The position numbers were made by a program, and so were the translations under genes. DNA of 64,000 bases, from contig OX597816.1 of assembly GCA_951406725.2 (NCBI GenBank), positions 167,772,001-167,836,000 of the forward strand, given 5' to 3'. The notes under the pieces were generated by a model. The model had not been told where the DNA came from. It did not search any database and worked only from the letters and a program-made list of their open reading frames with translations. This DNA comes from Octopus vulgaris. Lineage: Eukaryota. Numbering within the stretch: position 1 is the first letter of the stretch; every line of letters starts with the position of its first letter. Of this stretch, positions 49,558 through 63,502 are shown piece by piece.

Positions 49558-50645
49558 ATATACTCAAAACAGCCTTAGATTAAGACACTGGTGTGTATGC
49601 ACTTTTATAATACATATACAAATGTAGAATGGCACTAGCTGTAATATTTCTGTAGTCTTAGCGACACTGACATTTGTGTTTAAAAACACAGTGTTTTAAA
49701 AGGCACTTAAAACACTGGTAGATTAACATAGTGTTTCAACTTCATTTGGCCTCCTCAGTGATGAATAACTGGAAGTTCTTAGTCAAGGTAAAAAAAGAAA
49801 AAAAATGGTTTGTTCTGATAAAGAAATCAGTAAATAAAATATTTACTGCTTTGTGTGAAAGCTAGTCAGGCTAGAATGAAATAATATACACACTCGAAAC
49901 AGCCTTAGTTTAAAATGCTGTGTATATACACACTTATAACATATATACAAATGTGGAACAGCACAAGCTGTCATATTTTGCCACAGAGAAACTTCCCAAA
50001 TAGACTTATATGTTTAAAATGCAGGGCTTTTTTTTCAGAACACTGATGGATCACAAGACATGATGTTTCAACTTGATTTGGCCTCTTTAGAGATGAGTAT
50101 CCTGGATGTTCTGAGCTAAGCTGGAAAAGGCTTGTTTCATTATATAGAAATTGGTAATTGAAACATTTACTGATTTATGTTAAAGCTAGCCATGCTAGAA
50201 TTAAATAATATACACACTTATAAAAGGTGGCGAGCTGGCAGAAACGTTAGCGCGCAGGGTGAAATGCTTAGTGGTATTTCGTCTGTTGTTACATTCTGAG
50301 TTTAAATTCCGCCGAGGTCGACTTTGCCTTTCATCCTTTCGGGGTCGATAAATAAAGTACCAGTTTCGCACTGGGGTCGATATAATCAACTTAGTCCCTT
50401 TGTCTGTCCTTGTTTGTCTCCTCTATGCTTAGCCCCTTGAAGGTTGTAAAGATATATAAATAATATACACACTTGAAACAACCCTAATATAAAATGCTGG
50501 TGTGTGTACACATTGATAATGCGTGACACAGCACTAGCTGTTATATTTTCTCTCAGAAACATATGTCTTAAAAAACACAGGGCTTTGCTCAGAACATTGG
50601 AGGATTACAAGACACAGTGTTTCAGTTTGATTTGACCTCCTCAGT
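49558..50645 (+). repeat. Diverged tandem repeat of ~325 bp (about 2.5 copies)
   Basis: ACTC(A/G)AAACAGCCTTAG...CAC(T/A)AGCTGT...TTTG(G/A)CCTC recurs at ~49560, ~49890 and ~50470. Confidence 0.75.
50220..50456 (+). mobile_element. SINE family C with an 18-bp TSD
   Basis: TAAATAATATACACACTT at 50202-50219 and 50457-50474. Confidence 0.9.
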
Positions 50646-50843
50646 GTATTGTCTCTGAAATTATGTTTTATATTTATTCAGTTTATTTATAGTTAAGGTA
50701 GGGTTAACATAGTTGATGTAGTGAATATCAAAAGCTTAATTAGAATTAGAAATAGTTATTCAGACACTGGAGCTCAGCAAAGTCTTTGATCTGTCAGATC
50801 CTGTCAAACAAACCAAACTATGCCATTATGGAAGGTATATATT

Positions 50844-51307
50844 AGAAGAAGGAGAAGAAGGAGGAAGAGGAGGAGGAGAAGAAGAAGAAAAAGAAGGAGG
50901 AGGAGGAGGAGGAGGAGAAGAATAAGAAGAATAAGGAGGAGGAAGGAGAAGAAGAAGAAAAAGAAGGAGGAGGAGGAGAATAATAATAAAGAGGAGGAAG
51001 GAGAAGAAGAAAAAGAAGGAGGAGGAGGAGGAGAAGAAAAAGAAGGAGGAAGAGGAGGAAGGAGAAGAAGAAGGAGGAGGAGGAGGAGGAGGAGAAGAAG
51101 AAGAAGAAAAAGAAGAAGGAGGAGGAGGAGGGAGAAGAAGAAGGAGGAGGAGGAAGGAGAAGAAGAAGGAGGAGGAGGAAGGAGAAGAGGAAGGAGGAGG
51201 AGGAAGGAGAAGAAGGAGGAGGAGGAAGGAGAAGAGGAAGGAGAAGAAGAAGGAGGAGGAGGAAGGAGAAGAGGAAGAAAAAGAAGAAGGAGGAGGAGGA
51301 GGAAGGA

Positions 51308-51342
<35 letters not shown>

Positions 51343-51357
51343 AGAAGAAGAAGAGGA
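50844..51357. repeat. (GGA/GAA)n polypurine tract
   Basis: About 510 bp of almost pure A/G. Confidence 0.95.
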
Positions 51358-51666
51358 TATGATGATGATATGCCACAAAGAAAGGACTAATATTCCCCTC
51401 CTCCTCCCCATCATCTTCATCATCATGGTCGTTTTAACATTCACTTTTCCAAGCTTGCATGATTCAGACAGAATTTGTTGAGACAGGTTTTCTGTGACCA
51501 GATGCCCTTCCTGTCACCAGTCCTCGCTTGTTTCCAAGCAAGGTAATATTTTCCCCAAGGTTGCACATTTTTTTCTTGGAAGATTGGAAATGAACCACAC
51601 TGCTTGTATGACAGTGACACTCATTTACAACTATAACATGATGTCAAGACAAGGAGACAATCTTGC

Positions 51667-52060
51667 TTTCCGTGGCTGTTGTCAACTGTCAGTTCACGAA
51701 ATGGGAGGAGGAGAAGAAAGCTATTGGGTTGTGTGTGTATGTGCTTGTTCCGCTGTGTGTGTGTGCTTGTTCTTGTCTGTGTGTGTGTGCCTGTCCTGTT
51801 TTTATGTATTTATGTGTTATAGATAAAATTAAATTATGTCAGCAATGTCACATTTTAAATTTGAAGAAAAAAAACCCCGTTTTTCTTCAAATTTAAAATG
51901 CGACATTGCTGGCATAATTTCATTATATCTATAGCCCACAACATATAAACACATAAAAACAGGACAGGTACCTACGCACACACATACACACACAGACGCA
52001 CAACCCATTAGCTTTCTTCTCCCATTTCGTCAACTGACAGTTGACAATAGCCACAGAAAG
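51667..52060. repeat. Imperfect palindrome (MITE-like fold-back)
   Basis: CTTTCCGTGGCTGTTGTCAACTGTCAGTT... / ...AACTGACAGTTGACAATAGCCACAGAAAG, centred near 51875. Confidence 0.75.
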
Positions 52061-52112
52061 AGCCGAATTAAAGTGTTTTGGTCCATCGAGCCATATCGAA
52101 AGAATGCTATAT

Positions 52113-52157
<45 letters not shown>

Positions 52158-52609
52158 TATATATATTCTTTTACCTGTTTCAGTCATTTGAGTGCGGCCA
52201 TGCTGGAGCACCGCATGTAGTCGACCCTAGGACTTATTCTTTGTAAGCCTAGTACTCATTCTATCAGTCTGTTTTGCCGGACCGCTAAGTTACGGGGACG
52301 TAAACACACCAGCAACAGTTGTCAAGCGATGTTGGGAGGGGGACAAACACAGACACACTAACACACACACATATATACATATATACGACGGGCTTCTTTC
52401 AGTTTACCAAATCCACTCACAAGGGTTTGGTTGGCCCGAGGCTATAGCAGAAGACTGTGTATGTGTGTAGAACTGTGTGGTGAACAGCGTGTTTCCTGAT
52501 CACATGGTTTTGGGGTTTATCCCTAATGCGTGATACCTTGCGCTACTATGTATGTACCGGGGCTGTAGTAGAAGACAGTAGCGCAAGGTGTCACGCATTA
52601 TATATATAT

Positions 52610-52890
52610 GTGGAGGCGCAATGGCCCAGTGGTTAGCGCAGCGGACTCGCGGTCGTAGGATCGCGGTTTCGATTCCCAGACCGGGCATTGTGAGTGTTTA
52701 TTGAGCGAAAACACCTAAAAGCCCCACGAGGCTCCGGCAGGGGGTGGTGATCCCTGCTGTACACTTTCACTACTCTTTCTTCTGTTGGCCTGCTTGCTTA
52801 GCCAGCGGGGTGGCGTCATTCGAAGGCTAAAATAATGCGAACGCATTGTGACCAGCGATGTGTAACTACATCTGATGGACTGGTCGTTCA
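52610..52890 (+). mobile_element. tRNA-derived SINE, family D
   Basis: TGGCCCAGTGG A box and GTTTCGATTCCC B box, then a non-tRNA body and an A tail. Confidence 0.75.
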
Positions 52891-54752
52891 AAAAAAAAAA
52901 TATATGTATATATGTATATATATATATATGTATGTATGTAATACCGGGGCTGTAGTAGAAGACAGTAGCGCAAGGTGTCAAGCATTAGGGATAAGCCCCA
53001 AACCATGTGATCGGTAAACACGTTGTTTACCACATAGTTCTACACACACACATAGTCATATGTATGCATGTATGTGTATAAAATTCAACAGGACAACATA
53101 TAGCTAATTAAACTCAAATCAGTGGTATTTAGCTACGTGTAACCGCTTAAAAGCGGAAGAAGGAAAAAAGTTTTATTTCGATCCACACACACACACATAT
53201 TTTATCAGCTGTATATCCAGATATTTAATTTTGATGGTTTAACTCAACCAAATAACGATTAAACAGCAGAAATGTTTAAACGTATTGAAATTATTATTTT
53301 CTTGTTTAGGTTGTGTGTGCGCGCGCTGATGTACGAAGACGTGATTACACGTATGCAAGTTCATCAATTAAAAAAGAATTTGCTTCAAAAGGATTTCCAT
53401 AAAATAAATTTCAAATAAATATTTACTGGTAAGATTTACTAATTGAACCTTAAATTTAATCGAAGAAAACTTTTTTTTCTTTCTTTTTAATAATAATAAT
53501 TAAAAATAAATGGTGAACAGAGAATCTGCATCACAGAAATTGATACGTCATGTTTAACTGCCGCGTACACCAACCTAACATGTATATATAATAACAGAAA
53601 CGATGTTTTCTTACGGCGAAGTTTCGAAATAGCTGTTGGTATCTCACGGGGAAGGTAAACTTTAAATAAAATAAATAAATAAATAAAAATTTGGAGGTAT
53701 CCTTTTTTCCATTCCACAGAAAGGAAATTACAATTCTGAAAGTTTTTGCCCCCCCTCCCCCCAAATTTCAGCTTTTTGACGTTAATTCTTTTTTTGGAAC
53801 TGGATCTCGAAGCACGTATAAATCATATAAATATTGACTGCCTTCGACTTTTTTTTTTCAATCTAAAAAAGTTTTTGAACCGAATATTTACAGGCTATAA
53901 TTTACAGTTTATATGTGCTTCGAGATCCAGTTCCAAAAAAAAAAACCATTTAAAAATATATATATATATATTCTGTCCCTGCCCTGCCCTCCCCTCCCCC
54001 AATTCCGTACTCTTTTTCGCTCGCCGTGAAGTAGAGATAGATATTATTCCGAAAGAGAAAACAGAAAGCAATTTTTTCCTCTGTTTCTGGAAGAATCAGC
54101 GTAATTGGAAGCTGAAGTTCAAAGAACAAAGAAATCCTTGACCGGTTCCAATAACGGTAACAACGACGGTTCCAAGTCGTTGGACAGGACGAACATTAAC
54201 CGCTAGAGTTATCCGCCCCTGATAACATGAAAGCACCACTGCATGCCGGGAGTGAAAGCTTAGTGCCAAGTAGTTTCCTGCACATTAACTTTTATGATGA
54301 ACGTCGCTGGAGTTGAACCTCTCTCACTCTACCCGATGTTTTAGACCATCAGGAAGAAAATACATCTCTATATTTCATCTGATTTAGATTAGCCAGAATG
54401 ATAACCACGTCGACTAAGTTTCTTTATTTCGTTACAGCTGCTTCATGAGAAGAAAAAAAAAAGAATATATATATATATATATATATACATATCTACATAG
54501 ACACGCTGTATCTTTTTTTTCTTCTCTCTCATAACATATCAAGTCAACTATCAAAATAATTGGTCAGCCCCGTACTTGGCTTACTCTGCATGGATGGCTT
54601 TATTTCTATTTCTCCATTTGAATGGTCTGACGGGAGGTATTTTGATAGTAGACTGTCATTTGTGGTGAATGTCCGACTTACGTTGTCATTGCCACTAGTC
54701 TCAAACTTAATCTTGGCTAACTCACTTTCAGAGTTACTTTACAAAAGTTATT

Positions 54753-55148
54753 ATGAGTGCTGGTTTTCATGATAGATCATTGTCACCCAGCCGAAATGCT
54801 AATTTACAAGCTAATTCATCAAAAACACAAAGGACTTCCTTATTTCGGTCTTTTTTGTCGTCTTCCAGTTCACCGAAATATCACAAGCTGCAACAGAAGC
54901 ATGGCACAAGTAATAACTTCCATCGAACATATGTACACGGACACGTGGACAGTTCTTTGGAAGATGACGAGGATGAAGACAATATATTCGAACTTCCAGA
55001 GATCCGGTCTCGAAAGGGACCCGGTAATTCTAAAATTTCAGATCCTTCTACCTCAAAACCGTACGGGACATCGGAAATGGACTATCTGCAACACACAGTA
55101 ACAGATGTTGATACTGTTCAGAGTTTATCAATCAAATACTCATGTCCT
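54753..55148 (+). CDS. LYSMD3: First coding exon of a LysM and putative peptidoglycan-binding domain protein (LYSMD3/4-like)
   Basis: Acidic patch (EDDEDEDNIFE), then EIRSRK, then the LysM N-half LQHTVTDVDTVQSLSIKYSCP. This parallels LYSMD3 (...ELRSR...GDTLNAIALQYCCT). Phase-0 donor GTAAGT at 55149. The next exon was not found in the window. Confidence 0.85.
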
Positions 55149-56679
55149 GTAAGTGTGTAATTTAATTTGTTTTGTTGGTGTTTATAATTTTATTGCATTC
55201 ACACTTATAAAAATGTTTTTTTTTCCAACCACACGTACAACATACACGAGATAACCGCTGCCATTGTTTGGGTTTGCTAGAAATAACAACTAAATTCCCT
55301 CAAATGCATCCACGCCTTTATAAGGAGGTACCCGGGGCCATTCAATATTTACAAAAAACAAACAAACGCAAACAATACCAAATGGGCAAGGCTGAAACAT
55401 CTTTCATCACCGGCCTGTTCGATAAGGGCTTAACTTAACACAACGCATACACACACACACACACACACACATACATACACACACACACATGTCCTCATGC
55501 AAATACGCGCACGCGCGTACATGATTAGGAATCTATGAGATAAAAAAGTTATTTAATTTAATGAGGTATCTATATTGACCTTTTTTTTTTTGCCAAGGTG
55601 CCGAAGAAGTGTGGGTTTTTTTCTTTTTCTGTCTGAACTTACAATATTGTTCGTTCCCTTATAGGAAGTAAGAAAAGAGGATAAGAAGTTTTAAGTTTTA
55701 TAAAAAACATCTTATAGTACAACTACCCAATCAGGGAAGTTTCTTAACATACGTAAATTCCTGTTACCTTTGATATTAATTAGCTCACGCTATCGTTTAT
55801 AATAAACAGTACTAAAGATTATTTGCTGGAAGAAAAATATTTTCATAAAAATATCCAATGCGAATGGATATAATGAACTGTCAGTTTTCAAAATGAATTG
55901 TGGTTTTTCGTTCATTGTTGGAGCAGATTTGATTTGTGAGTAAAGAAGGAAACTATATTTAACTGACGGAAGTATTGACACACCGAGTTTATTAAGTTCA
56001 CAAAAGAAGGAGGGGTTTGATGTTAAGGTTTTGTTTAGCTCAGATCAACCTTGACAGAGCAGACGATATATGTATGAACGATTGAGTCATTCCTGCCGTA
56101 AACACTTTTATTCTCCACCCATAAGGTGTGTGTATAAGATTACATTATTCAGTGCCCGTTCATTTTTTAAAGCCAATAAAATGTGATTTTAAGGAGATTT
56201 AGCCGACATTTCTAGCTGGTCAAGTGACTACATACACTTCTTTCGTGTTGTTTAACCTCTGCTCAACCCTGTTAGATATAATAGCCTTACGGTCAAAGAA
56301 TTTCCGGCCCTGAATATTTTGGTTACGTTGTTTAATGTGTCCCATCCTTATTAAAAATAAGGGTGACCTGAAAGATTTGGTTGTTATTTCTAGCAGGTCG
56401 AGTAATCAAGGTAGCTGGGAGCTCGTTGGTTACGAGCCATTTTCATGCTCCTAGATAAAACAACTGAAATTGTCTTATGCTGTTTTCAGGCCTAATTTAG
56501 AAATCGGTATTAACACTAAAAGTGTGTATGTATGTGATATATATATATACTCACACAGACACATATATCATCAGAAGTTACACAGTGACAAGTTTCGTGT
56601 GTTGTAATTTGCTAATGCTCTTGAGTCACTCTGTAGCTTCTGTCGATAAATAATAATAATAATAATAGTTTCAAAAAGT

Positions 56680-57490
56680 TGATAACATCGACCCCAGTGT
56701 TCAACTGGGACTTTTTCTTTTATCGACCTCGAAAGGATGAAAGGCAAAGTCGACCTCGTTGGAATTTGAACTCAGAGCGTAAAGACGGACGAAATGCCTA
56801 TTTCTTTTACTACCCACAAGGGGCTAAACACAGAGAGGACAAACAAGGACAGACAAACGGATTAAGTCGATTATATCGACCCTGAAAGGATGAAAGGCAA
56901 AGTCGACCTCGGTGGAATTTGAACTCAGAACGTAAAGACGGACGAAATGCCTATTTCTTTTACTACCCACAAGGGGCTAAACACAGAGAGGACAAACAAG
57001 GACAGACAAACGGATTAAGTCGATTATATCGACCCTGAAAGGATGAAAGGCAAAGTCGACCTCGGTGGAATTTGAACTCAGAGCGTAAAGACGGACGAAA
57101 TGCCTATTCCTTTACTATCCACAAGAGGCTAAACACAGAGAGGACAAACAAGGACAGACAGACGGATTAAGTCGATTATATCGACCCTGAAAGGATGAAA
57201 GGCAAAGTCGACCTCGGCAGAATTTGAACTCAGAACCTAACGGCAGAAGAAATACTGCTAAGCATTTCGCCCGGCGTGTTAACGATTCTGCCAGCTCGCT
57301 GCCCTAATAATAATAATAATAATCCTTTCTGTTAAAGCACAAGGGTGGGCGTGGGGGGGGCTAGTCGATTATATCGACCCCAATAATGACTGGTAGAGTA
57401 GACCTCGGCGGAATTTGAACTCAGAACGTAAGCGACGAGCGAAGTACCGCTTAGCATTTCGCCCGGCGTGCTAACGATTCTGCCAGCTCG
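56680..57490 (-). repeat. Tandem array (three 153-bp units) of SINE family C parts
   Basis: GAAAGGATGAAAGGCAAAGTCGACCTCG occurs four times. The repeated unit lacks the CAGT..AACTGG segment. Confidence 0.9.
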
Positions 57491-57796
57491 CAATAACAAT
57501 AAAAAATCTTTTATGCGAAGATAAGGGAAAAAAGAAAGAAACGAGTGTGATAAGTTTTAATAAATGTGTTAGTTTAATGCTTATTAAGAAAGAGACAGTT
57601 TATATATATATATATATTGAAAGTCAATTCAAGAAATTACTTTGCCTGTCACAAACGAGTTTTGATAGTCAGGGAAACTTGTTTACGTGTAGCTTTCCTC
57701 AGCTGAAGGAAGGCATCAACCCACCCAGCTGATGTATCGCTCTTTTCTCTTAGGAAACAATCGATAGACTAGAAGAACCTGACCGGAAATACAAAT

Positions 57797-57804
57797 ATAT
57801 ATAT

Positions 57805-57844
<40 letters not shown>

Positions 57845-57849
57845 GTATG

Positions 57850-57882
<33 letters not shown>

Positions 57883-57927
57883 TGTGTGTGTGTATGTATA
57901 TATATATATATATTGTGTGTGTGTATG

Positions 57928-57966
<39 letters not shown>

Positions 57967-58356
57967 ATGTATATATATATATATATATATGTGTGTGTAT
58001 ATATATATATATATTGTGTGTGTGTATATATATATATATATATTGTGTGTGTGTATGTATATATATATATATATATATTGTGTGTGTGTATGTATATATA
58101 TATATATATATATATTGTGTGTGTGTGTGTATGTATATATATATATATATATATATTGTGTGTGTGTATGTATGTATGTATATATATATATATAGTGTGT
58201 GTGTGTGTGTATATATATATATGTGTGTGTATATATATATATATATTATATATATGTGTGTGTGTATATATTTATAAGTATATATATATTTGTGTATAAA
58301 GTGAGTATATATATATAAATATATGTATATAAAATGTGTATGTATATGTGTTTATG

Positions 58357-58387
<31 letters not shown>

Positions 58388-58407
58388 CTGCATATGTATT
58401 TGTGTAT

Positions 58408-58445
<38 letters not shown>

Positions 58446-58490
58446 CTGCATATGTATTTGTGTATGTATATATATATATATATGTGTGTA
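57797..58490. repeat. Compound (TA)n/(TG)n microsatellite
   Basis: Direct inspection. Confidence 0.95.
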
Positions 58491-59044
58491 TGTAGTTGGA
58501 ATTTACAAAAAGAAAAAAAAACAAGCAAAGCAAAACAAAAGACGGGTATATGTATATATGTTTATGCATGTATATGTGCGCTCACATACAGATACACATA
58601 CAATAGGGAAGACAAGGCGTGTGTAAGGCCCCTTCCTAAACTCAAATAAGTATGTGCAAGCGTTTGGCGAGTTCAAGAAAGTTCTTGTGCATGAGTTATG
58701 TTTTAGTGGTGTAAGTGTTGCACAGCACTGAACGCATTCTTCCATGCAATCAGCTATAAAACTTTAAACCGCACCTGATAGCGGGGTCTTGGTTATGGGA
58801 CCTCTAGGGTTTTGAAGTGTGTGGAATCACCTTCTTAGCCACTGTTGTTTCCAGGTCTCAGGATCCCAACTATTGGGCAATTAGCATGTGAATGATTGAG
58901 CATGAAGGGTCTCTAGTTATCATTAGAACTTCTAGGAGCAGGTAAACTCGTATAAGAAAAAGTGCAGTTGGTTTCTGGTTGTCCAACCTCTGTTGTGCAC
59001 TGGTTCACTCTCCTTCTTTTCAGCTGTTTTCTCTCTTCACTCCC

Positions 59045-59077
59045 TTTCGTAGAAGAGCGAAGGCTCGAAACGTCAAA
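59045..59077 (+). ncRNA. Variant hammerhead-like motif of a Penelope-like relic
   Basis: TTT-CGTAGA-A-GAGC-GAAG-GCTC-GAAAC-GTC-AAA. Stems and GAAA are intact but the CUGANGA box is altered. Confidence 0.4.
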
Positions 59078-59131
59078 AACTCTGCCATCTTTCACATTGT
59101 TTGTTGTGCCTTTATCTGTCTATTTTTTGTA

Positions 59132-59257
<126 letters not shown>

Positions 59258-59506
59258 GTCTATCTGTCTGTCTGTCTATATAATAATAATAATAAAATGA
59301 CAAAAGAATGAGACCGCAATATTATGTAAATAGAGGAATTTATAGGACAATCAGTAAGTTGTCGGCATTTGAAACTCTGAGTTCTATTATGACATCTTAC
59401 TGATTCTCCTATACTATATATATATATCCCAGGATCAAGCGATAAAAACAAACTGCTTGAGAAAAAGTGTATATGGTGAGAATGTGTCAGAAAAACGTAG
59501 TGTATG

Positions 59507-59554
<48 letters not shown>

Positions 59555-60314
59555 TTAGTTTAGTTTATATAGGTTTATATAAGCGTGAGGGATAGAATTC
59601 ATTACATATAGAAGCCTAGCTTATATCATTCCACCTGTTATTAAGAAATTGAATGAGTTACTCAAAAGCCTAGAGTTTCGCAACGAAACACTTGTTAAAC
59701 TGAACGATACTGGAAAGTTGCATAAAATTTATAGAAGAAAAAATATCTTGCCATATAACGCACACATACATGTATGTATAAAATTTAAGGCTGAAATTTC
59801 AATGAGAGCAGAATGGATTTATGAACATTAAGATAGAAAGAAGAGAAGTGGAATGGAGAGCTACGTGTCTCATGTTTGTCAAGTAAAATTTCTTATGCTT
59901 TTCGTTGAGAACGAGGTATCTTCTTAGCTTACACCTACACTTGTATATGTACATACATACATACATACATACATACATGCATGTATGTGTGTGTCTATTT
60001 TACTATTACAAGGGCAGTGGAGACCAGTGACTTTAGAGTTTCAGTCTGCTAGCCTTCATTGAAACGTGTGTGTGTGTGTGTGTGTGTGGACGTCAAATTT
60101 ATCGACCTGGTTTTTTTTAAAATGTAAACTCAGTCAATGAATATCCCATTCAGTCGATAATTATGCAACTTACGTAACGTGTAGCTTCCTTACGTCTCAT
60201 GAGTTTGTTCACCCGGCTGAGAAATCGCTCTCTTTCTCTTTGCATCAGTTGATGTACTAGAATAAACTATACGTCTACATTTGGTTGTACAGACAAGATA
60301 AATAGAATTCAAAA

Positions 60315-60329
60315 CGTGTGTGTGTGTGA

Positions 60330-60379
<50 letters not shown>

Positions 60380-60382
60380 ATG

Positions 60383-60423
<41 letters not shown>

Positions 60424-61040
60424 ATATATATGTGTGTGTGTGTGTGTATGTATATATATGTGTGTGTGTGTGTGTATGTATATATATGTGTGTGTGTGTG
60501 TGTATGTATATATATGTGTGTGTGTGTGTATGTATATATATGTGTGTGTGTGTGTGTATGTATATATATGTGTGTGTGTGTGTATGTATATATATGTATG
60601 TGTGTGTGTATGTATATATGTATGTGTGTCATCATCATCATCATCGTTTAACGTCCGCTTACGTTTAACGTCCGTGTGTGTATGTATATATGTATGTGTG
60701 TGTGTGTATGTATATATATATATGTGTGTGTGTGTATGTATATATATATATGTGTGTGTGTGTATATATATATATATGTGTGTGTGTGTATGTATATATA
60801 TATGTGTGTGTGTGTATGTATATATATATGTGTGTATGTATATATATATATGTGTGTGTATGTATATATATATATATGTGTGTATGTATATATATATATA
60901 TGTGTGTATGTATATATATATATGTGTGTATGTATATATATATATATGTGTATGTATATATATATATATGTGTGTATGTATATATATATATGTGTGTATG
61001 TATATATATATATATGTGTGTATGTATATATATATATATG

Positions 61041-61081
<41 letters not shown>

Positions 61082-61992
61082 GTGTATGTATATATATATA
61101 TATGTGTGTATATATATATATATATATGTGTATGTATGTATATATATATATATGTGTATGTATATATATATATATTTGTGTATGTATATATATGTGTATG
61201 TATATATATATATATATGTGTATGTATATATATATATATATGTGTATGTATATATATATATATATGTGTGTATGTATATATATATATATATGTGTATGTA
61301 TATATATATATATGTGTATGTATATATATATATATGTGTATGTATGTATATATATATATATGTGTATGTATGTATATATATATATATGTGTATGTATGTA
61401 TATATATATATATGTGTATGTATGTATATATATATATATATGTATGTATATATATATATATGTGTATGTATGTATATATATATATGTGTATGTATGTATA
61501 TATATATATATATGTGTATGTATGTATATATATATGTGTATGTATGTATATATATATATATGTGTATGTATGTATATATATATATATATGTGTATGTATG
61601 TATATATATATATATATGTGTATGTATATATATATATGTGTATGTATGTATATATATATATATATGTGTATGTATATATATATATGTGTATGTATATATA
61701 TATATATGTGTATGTATATATATATATATGTGTATGTATATATATATATATATGTGTATGTATATATATATATATATGTGTATGTATGTATATATATATA
61801 TATGTGTATGTATATATATATATGTGTATGTATATATATATATATATATGTGTATGTATATATATATGTATATATATATATATGTGTGTATGTATATATA
61901 TATATGTGTGTATGTATAATATATGTGTGTATGTATAATATATATATGTATGTATATATATATATGTGTATGTATATATATATATATGTATG

Positions 61993-62023
<31 letters not shown>

Positions 62024-62447
62024 GTATGTATATATATATATGTGTATGTATATATATATATATGTGTGTATATATATATATGTGTGTATGTATATATATA
62101 TGTGTATGTATATATGTGTGTATGTTTATATATATATATGTGTATGTATATATATATATGTGTATGTATATATATATATGTATGTATATATATATATGTC
62201 TATGTATATATATGTATGTATATAGCATGTGTATGTATATATATATATATATATGTGTATGTATATATATATATGTATGTATATATATATATGTATGTAT
62301 ATATATATATGTGTATGTATATATATATATATATATATGTGTATGTATATATATATATGTGTGTATGTATATATATATATGTGTGTATGTATATATATAT
62401 ATGTGTGTATGTGTATATATATATATGTATGTATGTATATATGTGTG

Positions 62448-62490
<43 letters not shown>

Positions 62491-63060
62491 ATATATATAT
62501 ATATGTATGTTTATATATATATATATATGTGTATGTATATATATATATATATATGTGTGTATGTTTATATATATATATGTGTGTATGTGTATATATATAT
62601 ATATGTATGTATATATATGTGTATGTATATATGTGTGTATGTTTATATATATATATGTGTGTATGTATATATATATATATATGTGTGTGAATGTATATAT
62701 ATATGTGTGAATGTATATATATATGTGTATGTATGTATATATATATGTGTATGTATGTATATATATATATGTGTGTATATATATGTGTGTGTATATATAT
62801 ATGTGTGTATGTATATATATATATATGTGTATGTATATATATATATATGTGTATGTATATATGTATGTATGTATATGTATATATGTATGTATATGTTATG
62901 TATGTATGTATATGTTATGTATGTATGTATATGTTATCATCATCATCATCATTTAACGTCCGCTTTCCATGCTGTATATATATGTATATGTTATCTATGT
63001 ATATATATGTATATATGTATATATATGTATATATGTATATATATATATGTATAACATGTT
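60315..63060. repeat. ~2.7-kb compound (TA)n/(TG)n/(TATG)n microsatellite
   Basis: Direct inspection. Contains two very short RTE tails at 60629-60675 and 62937-62973. Confidence 0.95.
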
Positions 63061-63116
63061 TTTATATGTGTATGCATGTTTGTATTATGTATGCATACAT
63101 ATGTATATATAAAACA

Positions 63117-63502
63117 AGCGCAGGCGTGACTGTGTAGTAAGAAGCTTGCTTCTGAACCACATGGTTCTGGGTTCAGTCCCACTGCGTGGCACCTTGGGCA
63201 AGTGTCTTCTACTATAGCCTTGGGCCGACTAAAGCCTTGTGAGTGGGTTTGGTAGACGGAAACTGAAAGAATCCCATCGTATATATATGTATATATATAT
63301 GTGTGTTTTTGTCCCCCCACCTTCGTTTGACAACCGATGTTGGTGTGTTTACGTCCCCGTAACTTAGCGGTTCAGCAAAAGAGACCTATAGAATAAGTAT
63401 TAGGCTTACAAGGAATAAATCCTGGGGTCGATTCGTTCGTTTATAGATGGTACTCCTATAATGCTATGGCCGCAGTCAAATTGACTGAAACGAATAAAAG
63501 AG
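63117..63502 (+). mobile_element. tRNA-derived SINE, family A
   Basis: Head GCGCAGGCGTGACTGTGTAG...GGGTTCAGTCCC and family body. Confidence 0.8.

Noticed and set aside
50804-51444. Arg/Glu-rich protamine-like or Ser/Leu-rich ORFs
   Set aside because: They come from a (GGA/GAA)n tract open in several frames, with no gene structure.
52610-52685. tRNA gene
   Set aside because: It has A and B boxes but no proper acceptor stem, and it continues into a SINE body. The same holds for the other SINE heads.
60309-63137. Long ORFs up to 796 aa rich in Y/I/C/V/M
   Set aside because: These are translations of (TA)/(TG) microsatellite. The same applies to 42964-43357 and 57804-58649.
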